Assembly: GCA_017435045.1 (NCBI GenBank)
Contig: JAFSFT010000031.1
Span: 15,274-79,273, forward strand
Length of the DNA: 64,000 nt
From: Oscillospiraceae bacterium
GTDB lineage: Bacteria > Bacillota > Clostridia > Oscillospirales > Ruminococcaceae
Reading direction: 5' to 3'
The position numbers were made by a program, and so were the translations under genes. The notes under the pieces were generated by a model. It had not been told where the DNA came from, searched no databases, and saw nothing but the letters and a program-made list of their open reading frames with translations. Numbering within the stretch: position 1 is the first letter of the stretch; each line of letters opens with the position of its first letter. Below are positions 55,795 through 63,916 of this stretch, piece after piece.

Positions 55795-57801
55795 GTGCAT
55801 AAAAGAAAAATACATAGTATATATCTGTGCGTACTGTCTTTGGTTACAGCATTTATGATGTGTTATTTTTCTGTAGGCACTTCATACGCCCACTATACAT
55901 ATACAAGAGAAAAACAGATTATCATAAACGGCGACGGAAAGCTGGAATCCAATATCTTTTTTGAGGAAGGCTGTCAGGTTATCCTTAAGGACTGGGACCT
56001 TTCAAAGACCATTCCGCCGCAAAAGGTTACAGCACAGTTTACAGGCAGTGCAAAGGGCAGGCTTGAATATACCGTGCAGGGTGAATATGCACAGTATTTT
56101 ACAGTTTCCGTTAAATATGCAGAAAGCGGAAGTGCTGTGGGCACAAATATAATTGATATCTCTGCAGAAACACCAATCAATATTGAAATTGCACCTGTTA
56201 CACCTGCACTAAGCACACTTGCGGACGATATTTCTCCTGTGGTTGAGTTTAAACTGACAACCTACAATCAGGACGGTACAGCAGGCCGTGTGCTGCAGGG
56301 CAGCTTTGTGTGGAATATCCTTGCTGCCGATGCAGGCAGTTATGCAATAAATGCTGCAAATATGCTTGTGGCATCACGTGCAGTGCCTGTACGGCCAAAA
56401 ATAATGCAGCTTACCCTTGTACAGCAGGACGAACAGAATACTGATGCACCTGCAGAGGGCGGCGCTGAAGGCGACACAAACCCTGACGGTACAGAGGGCG
56501 ATACAGGCTCGGACAACACTACAGGTTCCGAGGGCAATACGGGTACAGGCGATACCACGGGTTCTGATGGTAATACCGGCACAGGTGATACCACAGGCTC
56601 TGACAATACAGGCGACAATACAACTTCGGGTGACGCAGGCACAGACGACACCACAGGCGGCAATACCGATGGTTCCGGCGATACTACAGGCGGCACCACC
56701 GAAACTCCTGAAGGCTCTGATGGCACAGGCGATTCTTCCGGCGAAGGTACAGAAGGCGAAGACGACAAGGATGACGAGGAAGAAGAGGAAACAGGCGATA
56801 ACGTTATAGAGGTTATTCCTGCACAGACAGACGTAGACATTATCCTTTGCAATGTGGAGGATGTGTTTGGCGTTGACGGTAAAATTACCTACACAAACAA
56901 AGGCCTTTTCTCCCGGATTACAGCGGACAACGGTGCAGGCTTCGGCGGCGGCTCCATTACAGAGGATATAGTTTTTATCTACGACAGCAAGGCCAGAAGC
57001 GGCGAAGCAGGCTTAAATGTTGATATTTCACCGGAAGCACAGATGGGGGACGAATGTATAATCACATTCCGTTACCAGACATCTGATATGCAGGGTGTTA
57101 TGTCTGAATATATTGAAGAAAAGATTACCGTAAGGGTAATCACCTCTGAACTTCCAACACTTGAAAATGTTGTGGTTACAGATGGCGAAAAGGTTACAAT
57201 CTACGCCACAGTAAACTATGTTCAGGGCACAAAAAACGGCAAAATCAGCGTAACAGGCGGCCTTGAACCTTATACAAAGGTTGTTACAGGCGACAAGATA
57301 TACATTCTGCCGTACGGCGGCAGCTTCCTGCATCCGCTGCCAACAAGGGATGCACAGACCGTTACATATATGGTGGAATATCCAAAGGATACAATTCCAT
57401 CGGAAGTAACAGTAGAAGCAACAAGCTGCTTCTCGGGCAGCTCGGGCGTAAAGGGCAAACAGACAACAGAGGTTAAGGATATGTCCAACACCACCTTTGC
57501 AGGCACCCAGCCACACACGATTATATTGTCATCCGACAATGCAATAGATTTTGATATTATACCAACCATAACAGAAGCAGGCCCTGTGGTTTCCTACACA
57601 GTGGAATACTACAATGGCGAAAGCTATGTTCCTGTTGATGCAGCAGCATTTAAAGGTGTGATATCACAGGACACAACAAAGCTCAGCCTGTCTACAGGCA
57701 CAAAATACCCAAGAGCGGGTGTTTACAGAATGTGTCTGCAGATGCAGCAGGGCAACAATTTATCAATCGCATACAAAACATTTTTCGTAAACTATAGATA
57801 G
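55795..57801 (+). CDS. Family member G (668 aa): TasA-like termini flanking a G/T/D-rich linker and a cohesin-like module
   Basis: GTG start. LCVLSLVTAFMMCYFSVGTSYAHYTYTREKQ. Low-complexity segment at 56440-56800. The module VFGVDGKITYTNKGLFSRITADNGAGFGGGSITEDIVFIYDSKARSGEAGLNVDISPEAQMGDECIITFRYQ is paralogous to the 39891 protein. C-terminal QQGNNLSIAYKTFFVNYR. Confidence 0.65.
   Translation: MHKRKIHSIYLCVLSLVTAFMMCYFSVGTSYAHYTYTREKQIIINGDGKLESNIFFEEGCQVILKDWDLSKTIPPQKVTAQFTGSAKGRLEYTVQGEYAQYFTVSVKYAESGSAVGTNIIDISAETPINIEIAPVTPALSTLADDISPVVEFKLTTYNQDGTAGRVLQGSFVWNILAADAGSYAINAANMLVASRAVPVRPKIMQLTLVQQDEQNTDAPAEGGAEGDTNPDGTEGDTGSDNTTGSEGNTGTGDTTGSDGNTGTGDTTGSDNTGDNTTSGDAGTDDTTGGNTDGSGDTTGGTTETPEGSDGTGDSSGEGTEGEDDKDDEEEEETGDNVIEVIPAQTDVDIILCNVEDVFGVDGKITYTNKGLFSRITADNGAGFGGGSITEDIVFIYDSKARSGEAGLNVDISPEAQMGDECIITFRYQTSDMQGVMSEYIEEKITVRVITSELPTLENVVVTDGEKVTIYATVNYVQGTKNGKISVTGGLEPYTKVVTGDKIYILPYGGSFLHPLPTRDAQTVTYMVEYPKDTIPSEVTVEATSCFSGSSGVKGKQTTEVKDMSNTTFAGTQPHTIILSSDNAIDFDIIPTITEAGPVVSYTVEYYNGESYVPVDAAAFKGVISQDTTKLSLSTGTKYPRAGVYRMCLQMQQGNNLSIAYKTFFVNYR
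56440..56800 (+). repeat. Low-complexity Gly/Thr/Asp/Glu-coding segment with imperfect tandem repeats
   Basis: Encodes DAPAEGGAEGDTNPDGTEGDTGSDNTTGSEGNTGTGDTTGSDGNTGTGDTTGSDNTGDNTTSGDAGTDDTTGGNTDGSGDTTGG...EGEDDKDDEEEEETGD. The unit GNTGTGDTTGSD appears twice in tandem. Confidence 0.8.
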
Positions 57802-57819
57802 GAGGCTTTCAGCAGAATC

Positions 57820-60800
57820 ATGACTGATACACAAAAGTATATTCAGGCGTATAAAGCTGCTCTGCCACGGCTCAGAGAAAAGGTCGCGGCAGCGGTTATG
57901 ATGCTTGTAATATCGGCAATTATGGCAACTTCTGCAACATTTGCGTGGGTTTCCCTCTCTGTTAACCCTGAGGTTTCAAACATTCAGACAACAGTAACAG
58001 CAAACGGCAACCTTGAAATTGCCCTTTCGGATGTTGATGGCCTCGAGCCAGAAAAATCCCAGGTAGGGGACAGCGGCAAAGACCTTGTGGTAAAGAACGT
58101 TACATGGGGTAACCTTGTAAACCTTTCCGACCCTCTTTACGGTCTTGGCAAGCTTACACTACGCCCTGCAGAACTTAACACAACAGGCGACCTGCTTACA
58201 GCACCGCTTAAGGTTGTTACATACGGCAAGGACGGCCGTGTTGACAAGTTCTCCAGCAGCCTGCTTTACACAAAATATGACGAGGCATCAGGCGAATATC
58301 TTGTGCCTGACGACGACGGATTTGGTGTAAAGATTATTTCGGCTGTTGAATACAAAAACGTAACAGGTGCAAACGATTACCAGAATATGCTTGCAGAAGC
58401 CGAAACCAACTGGTCAGCAGCAAACAGCATCTATCAGGGGCTTATCTCAAACCAGAACAACCTTGATGCACTTTCCGGTCTTATCGGTGCTTTCGTTGAC
58501 AACAAGCTCAACGGCGGTTCTCCGGACGTTTCTGTATATGTTCCAAAGCTGTACAGTATGATGCTGGAATTCCAGGATTTTGTGGATGCAACAGACGGTG
58601 TTCTCTGCAACCTGGCTGTTATACACCAGTATCCTCATATGGCAGAAGAAGAAATTATCTACCACGATATTGAAGAGCTTCTGGCAGCAACAGATGCAGA
58701 GCGTGAGGCACGTCACGTAAAAATTGACGGTCTTGCAACCTATAAGAGTGACAGAACAAAGCTTAAACAGTACATTGCAGAACTTAAATCTTTTAGCGAT
58801 AAGGTTACAGTTAACGGCGGTACAGTTACATGGCAGGAAATCTCCCATATTATGAACTTTATGGTTGATATTCCGTCCACAACAATCAACGGCATTGCAG
58901 CAAAAGACGTTGGCATGAGCGAAGCTGCAGGTATGATTTTTGGCACACAGAAGGCAGTTATCCATAAGGGTGCCATCTACAACATGGAAAAAATGTCCGG
59001 TTCCCGTATGTATGTGCCAAAAGTTTCAATCAGTGCAACAGTTAAAGGTATGTCTGCTTCTGTTAAAGCTTCTGTAGAAACAAGCGTAACAGAGCCTTAC
59101 TACATCAAAGAGGCTGTTAACGACGCCCGCAGCTACGGCGGCGAATTTGCAGGCGGCGACGCAGTTGCAACAGACACATACGGCCTTGCAATGGACCTGT
59201 GGCTGCGTACCAACGCAACAAATGCATATCTCGTGCTGGAAGGCAGCCCGATTATCGAACAGGTTGAACAGGTTGACGAAGACGGCAACGTTGTAACAGA
59301 CGAAAACGACGAGCCGATTATGATTGACGCTGTTACAGGCTACGACGGTGCAAACAGAATCTGGAACGATGGTGCATCAGGCCCTAACAGTACAACACAG
59401 GGCAACGGCAGCTGCTATATCTTCTATGCAGACGACCCTATCATCCAGCAGAAAGCACTGGAAGTTATGGGTGCAATGAAGGTTGCATTTGTGGATGCAG
59501 CAGGCAGAGCAATTGCCTATGCAGACATGGACGTTGCACACGCATATCAGGAAACAGGTAAAATCACCATTCCTCTGGTACTCAACGGCAGAAGCACAGA
59601 AATTCTCGATGCCGAAGGCAATCCTGTAAAGGACCTTGTAACAGGCGAAAGCTACTATGCGGTTAAAAAGCTGGAAAAGAACACAGCAGAACGCATAACA
59701 GCAATTCTTTATATTGACGGTACACAGGTAACAAATACCGATGTTCTGGCAGATGCTGACATTCAGGGTCAGCTTAACCTGCAGTTCGGCATCAATGAAC
59801 AGATGGCACCTGCAGACGACGAAGACCTCAAGTTTGAGGAAGTTCTTATTACAGGTGAACTTTCCAAAGACGAGTTCGACTTTGATACAGAAACAGACTT
59901 CTCAACCCTTGTAACACTTACAGTTGACGGCATTGAACCTGAAAGGGTAACAGCAAACTTTATCCGTGCAATCAACGAAACACAGGGTACAAGAGAAAAA
60001 GAAATTACATTTGAAATGCAGAGCAACAACATCAAGTGGACCTCCACAATGGACTTTGACGCTCCTGGTAACTACATCCTCAGAAGTGTATTCCTCGATG
60101 GTGTTGAATACGACCTTGAAGAACCACTTGTAGCAACAGTTAAGGGCTACGGCATCAAGTCCCTGTCCTGTGACAAGGTATTTGGCGGTTCATCCGCAAC
60201 ATATATGACAGCGGACAACTACCTTGATGCAAGCTACACACTGGTAATGGCTTCCTCTGCACGCAAACCTGCAAAAATCCAGGGTGTTCTCTCCAACGAA
60301 CACGGCCAGCAGATTATCACCGACTTTAAGGCAGGCACAGACTTCTACAAAGCCAACGTAAGGTTTGAAACTTCCGGTACTTACAAGATGACACATCTTA
60401 TCATCGACGGCGAATGGTACGAAGTTCCTGCTGCAGTAACAAAAGTGCTGCATCTCTACCTTGGTATGACCACAAAGGTTATGCTGTCTGAAACAGACTT
60501 TATCCTCGAAGAACCACGCACAGTTGAGGTTTACGCCGAGGTTTATAACGACAAGGACGAAGAGATGGAAGGTCTTACAGACACAAAAATCCGCTTCAGC
60601 CACAAGACAAACGGCCTTACTGTTCTTGACAGCGATATGACATGGAACGAAGATACAGGCAGATACGAGGGTAACTTCCTTGTACAGCGTGCAGGTGTTT
60701 ACAACTTTGCATTCTTCCGTGCAGGCGAAAGCACAATCAGACAGGGTGAGTCTCCATCCATCAGAGCAAGCTCGCCTGAACCACCAAAATATGTAGGTCT

Positions 60801-62136
60801 TGCAGTGGAAGAATTCCAGTTCAGACCAGACAACGATGCTGCATTTGGCGTACAGATAAGCAACTCTGAAACACTGGCAGAGGCAGTTTACAATGCCGAA
60901 ACAGGCGAACTGGTAACACCTGGCGACCTTGTTGCAACAATCCGCTACCGCGGTGTTGACAACACAGTTACAAACGGTACTGAAATTCAGGTTTATGGCG
61001 AAGCAGTTTCCACTGTTGGCGATGTTACAACATGGCACTTTACACCATACGGCACAGCAGCCGACGGCACAAAGATTACACCGGACGGCACACAGCAGGG
61101 CTACTGGGAACTTGTTGATGTAACAATGACCTACCTTGGTATAAATGAAAACTTTGAAGAAGAACAGATTACTGAAAAATACATTATTGCAGAGGTAATC
61201 AAGGACGGCGAAACTGCAGTTACACAGGTATCTACAGATATCTCCAAAAACGTTCAGGCTACCATTACAGGTGCAAGCAGGAACTTTACAGACCCAATGC
61301 TTACAGACCACTATGTAACTGACCTTGTTGTAACCATCACAGATATCAAGGGCAACCCTGTAGAAGGCATTACAGATGTTAAGTTTACATATAACTATAC
61401 ACCTGACAGAAGTGTGTTCAACACAGGCAGCAGCTTGCCGGGCGAAGGTGACCCAAGAGCAATTGATGCAGAAAAAGTTGTAACAGGTACAGCAGAGGAT
61501 GGCACAGATATCTTAAGCGAAACACAGTATAAGATGGTAGATTATGAGGACGATACTAAGGATATGAACCTTGTATACTGTGGTACCTACATAACAGGCA
61601 TTCAGTTTACAATGAATGGTGTAACATACACAGGTACAACAGGCACACCAACAGCATCCCAGATTCAGCTTAAAGGCACAGTGCCAACATATACTGTAAA
61701 ATGGAATCAGCCATCTGTAACAGTTGTTTCCACAAACCCTGCTGCAGGCACATCATTTACTGGTGTAGCATCTTCAAGTAACTATGGTGCATCTGTTAAA
61801 AATGCTGTAGACACAGAAAATAATAAGATGACAGCTTACTTTAAATCCAGCAAGAGACTGTGGTATTACAATTTGTCTGTATCTACAGGTACATTCAGAC
61901 TCAGCGGTGCAGGCGATAACTTTACATCAGCTACACTGAGAATTGGCGAGGTAGACTTTACATTTAAATCCAACACAACAGCTTCCGGTAATATCGGTAA
62001 GGTTACATCCAAGACATTGGCAACTGACGAAAGAACATCGGCAAGCGGTACATACAGTACAATCAGTATTACAGGCAAGGATGGCATTACATATACAGTA
62101 ACAATCACAAAACCTGTAGTTATTGTAAACCCATAA
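57820..62136 (+). CDS. Family member H (1438 aa): TasA-like module (~650 aa, paralogous to member B) plus a ~780-aa C-terminal extension of repeated beta-sandwich-like modules; candidate adhesin
   Basis: AAAVMMLVISAIMATSATFAWVSLSVNPEVSNIQTTVTANGNLEIAL. Colinear with member B: TWGNLVNLSDPLYGL/TWGNLVDLGDASYGL, YGKDGRVDKF/YGADGRVSAL and ILYIDGTQVTNTDVLADADIQGQLNLQFGI/VIVYLDGANVDNSMVANAATSMTGMLNLQFAS. The extension carries recurring G-x-Y-x4-6 strand motifs. Confidence 0.7.
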   Translation: MTDTQKYIQAYKAALPRLREKVAAAVMMLVISAIMATSATFAWVSLSVNPEVSNIQTTVTANGNLEIALSDVDGLEPEKSQVGDSGKDLVVKNVTWGNLVNLSDPLYGLGKLTLRPAELNTTGDLLTAPLKVVTYGKDGRVDKFSSSLLYTKYDEASGEYLVPDDDGFGVKIISAVEYKNVTGANDYQNMLAEAETNWSAANSIYQGLISNQNNLDALSGLIGAFVDNKLNGGSPDVSVYVPKLYSMMLEFQDFVDATDGVLCNLAVIHQYPHMAEEEIIYHDIEELLAATDAEREARHVKIDGLATYKSDRTKLKQYIAELKSFSDKVTVNGGTVTWQEISHIMNFMVDIPSTTINGIAAKDVGMSEAAGMIFGTQKAVIHKGAIYNMEKMSGSRMYVPKVSISATVKGMSASVKASVETSVTEPYYIKEAVNDARSYGGEFAGGDAVATDTYGLAMDLWLRTNATNAYLVLEGSPIIEQVEQVDEDGNVVTDENDEPIMIDAVTGYDGANRIWNDGASGPNSTTQGNGSCYIFYADDPIIQQKALEVMGAMKVAFVDAAGRAIAYADMDVAHAYQETGKITIPLVLNGRSTEILDAEGNPVKDLVTGESYYAVKKLEKNTAERITAILYIDGTQVTNTDVLADADIQGQLNLQFGINEQMAPADDEDLKFEEVLITGELSKDEFDFDTETDFSTLVTLTVDGIEPERVTANFIRAINETQGTREKEITFEMQSNNIKWTSTMDFDAPGNYILRSVFLDGVEYDLEEPLVATVKGYGIKSLSCDKVFGGSSATYMTADNYLDASYTLVMASSARKPAKIQGVLSNEHGQQIITDFKAGTDFYKANVRFETSGTYKMTHLIIDGEWYEVPAAVTKVLHLYLGMTTKVMLSETDFILEEPRTVEVYAEVYNDKDEEMEGLTDTKIRFSHKTNGLTVLDSDMTWNEDTGRYEGNFLVQRAGVYNFAFFRAGESTIRQGESPSIRASSPEPPKYVGLAVEEFQFRPDNDAAFGVQISNSETLAEAVYNAETGELVTPGDLVATIRYRGVDNTVTNGTEIQVYGEAVSTVGDVTTWHFTPYGTAADGTKITPDGTQQGYWELVDVTMTYLGINENFEEEQITEKYIIAEVIKDGETAVTQVSTDISKNVQATITGASRNFTDPMLTDHYVTDLVVTITDIKGNPVEGITDVKFTYNYTPDRSVFNTGSSLPGEGDPRAIDAEKVVTGTAEDGTDILSETQYKMVDYEDDTKDMNLVYCGTYITGIQFTMNGVTYTGTTGTPTASQIQLKGTVPTYTVKWNQPSVTVVSTNPAAGTSFTGVASSSNYGASVKNAVDTENNKMTAYFKSSKRLWYYNLSVSTGTFRLSGAGDNFTSATLRIGEVDFTFKSNTTASGNIGKVTSKTLATDERTSASGTYSTISITGKDGITYTVTITKPVVIVNP

Positions 62137-62148
62137 TTCAAGCAATAT

Positions 62149-62178
62149 GGCATAAGCCCTCACAGCAGGGCTTATGCC
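62149..62178 (+). other. Stem-loop after member H (no U-tract)
   Basis: GGCATAAGCCCT-cacagc-AGGGCTTATGCC followed by aagccttaaaacc. Confidence 0.5.
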
Positions 62179-62215
62179 AAGCCTTAAAACCAATTGATGA
62201 CAAAAGGGAAACATT

Positions 62216-63916
62216 ATGAAAAAGATTTTTAACGTTAAAAAGTTAATAAAAATGCTGTCCCTTACAGCACTTCTGTTTGCTTTTGTCTGTCAGGGAAATG
62301 TTGTGTACGCCGCAGATAATTCCTGCGGTGACAACGCAACCTATATTCTGGAAAACAACACCCTAACAATCGAGGGCAGCGGCAAAATGACCGACTTTGG
62401 GGATACATTGGATATCCCGTGGTTTGACAGCCGTGACCTTATCGAAAAGGTGGTAATTTCCGACGGCATAACAAATGTGGGCGGTGCGGCATTTTACGGC
62501 TGCAGCAACCTGCTTACAGTGCAGATTCCGTCCTCGGTAAAGGAAATTGGCGACTACGCATTTTCAAACTGCGAAAAGCTCACAGCGGTTGTGCTTCCGC
62601 AAAAGCTGGAAACCATCGGTGCAAACGCATTTGAAAACTGCACAGCACTTTCTTCCATTACAATTCCGGACAAAACAAAATCCATCGGCTCCTCTGCGTT
62701 CTATCGCTGCGAAAACATCACAGCGGTTACAATCCCAAAATCCGTAAAGAGCATGGGCCCGTCAATGTTTGCATACTGCTACAATCTTTTAAAGGTGGAT
62801 TTTAAATGCAGTATAGACAAACTGCCTGTATGGACTTTTTACGGCTGTACCTCCCTTAAAGAGGTTACCTTTGCAAACAATGTGGACACTGTGGGCGAAT
62901 ATGCATACTTTGGCTGTAACAATCTCAGCACAGTAAGCTACAAAGGCAAGGACCAGGACGTTGACGATATCAAGGAAAACTCAAAATCCGAGGGCACACT
63001 GGAAACTGCCCCATCCACAGGTACTCCGTCAACGGGCACTCCATCCACAGGCACACCGTCTGCAACGGATAAAAATGTAGAAACCAACAAGGGTTCCATA
63101 ACAACCACAACCCAAAGCGGCGGCAACACCACAGTTGACATTGTCATCAACAACGACAAAGGCAACAAGGAAACTGCCGACAGGCTGGAGGATATCACAG
63201 GCGGCGACACAACTGTAAACATTCAGCTTAAGGGCGAAAATGTTGTGGATAAGGACATTCTGGAAAGTGTGGCAGGCAAGGACATAGACTTTAACGTAAC
63301 CTCCACAAACGGCAGCAGATGGAACATCAACTGCGACACAATAGGCGAAACACAGGTTGTTGATATGAACCTGTCCTTTACAATTGTGCCAAAAACCCAG
63401 TTTACAGAGGCAGAAACAGCCTTCTTTGGCGATGTAAAATGCTATGACCTCACCTTTGAAAGCCCATTCTATTACGACGCAGCGGTAAAACTGCCTTTAA
63501 GCATGCAGTACGCAAGAGAATATGCAACACTGTATATTCTTGTAAACGGCGAATATAAAAATCTGGGCAGCGTGCTTATCGACAACGACGGCAGGGCAGA
63601 CTTTGCCTTTGGTGCAGGCAGCGTGGCAGAAGGATATGTTATCGCAGTAAACGTGCCAAACCAGAACGTTGTTCAGGACGCATACATCCCGGAAAATATG
63701 ATGGGTGAATACACAGGTCTTATGGACGAATACGGCACAAGATATGTGGTTACAGGCACCAAATCCTCGCTGGGCATCGGCATAGGCGAATTTACAAGAT
63801 ACGTTGTAGTTGGCATGATTGCAATAGTTATCGTTGTGGGTGCTGTTGTGGCAGTAATTTCCCGACAGAAGTTTATAAAAGAAACCTATAAAAACAACAC
63901 TCCAAAACAGCAGTAA
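62216..63916 (+). CDS. BspA-type leucine-rich-repeat surface protein with a C-terminal TM anchor
   Basis: Signal peptide. LRR_5-type repeats: ISDGITNVGGAAFYGCSNLLTVQIPSSVKEIGDYAFSNCEKLTAVVLPQKLETIGANAFENCTALSSITIP. PSTGTPSTGTPSTGTPS linker. C-terminal TM VVVGMIAIVIVVGAVVAVI. Confidence 0.8.
   Translation: MKKIFNVKKLIKMLSLTALLFAFVCQGNVVYAADNSCGDNATYILENNTLTIEGSGKMTDFGDTLDIPWFDSRDLIEKVVISDGITNVGGAAFYGCSNLLTVQIPSSVKEIGDYAFSNCEKLTAVVLPQKLETIGANAFENCTALSSITIPDKTKSIGSSAFYRCENITAVTIPKSVKSMGPSMFAYCYNLLKVDFKCSIDKLPVWTFYGCTSLKEVTFANNVDTVGEYAYFGCNNLSTVSYKGKDQDVDDIKENSKSEGTLETAPSTGTPSTGTPSTGTPSATDKNVETNKGSITTTTQSGGNTTVDIVINNDKGNKETADRLEDITGGDTTVNIQLKGENVVDKDILESVAGKDIDFNVTSTNGSRWNINCDTIGETQVVDMNLSFTIVPKTQFTEAETAFFGDVKCYDLTFESPFYYDAAVKLPLSMQYAREYATLYILVNGEYKNLGSVLIDNDGRADFAFGAGSVAEGYVIAVNVPNQNVVQDAYIPENMMGEYTGLMDEYGTRYVVTGTKSSLGIGIGEFTRYVVVGMIAIVIVVGAVVAVISRQKFIKETYKNNTPKQQ

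Noticed and set aside
33551-63916. Prophage tail-fibre region, or a sortase-dependent pilus island, as an explanation for the run of large secreted proteins.
   Set aside because: I see no terminase, portal, capsid, tape-measure, integrase or holin-like ORF. I see no sortase gene, no LPXTG/LPXTA sorting signals and no pilin YPKN-type motifs.
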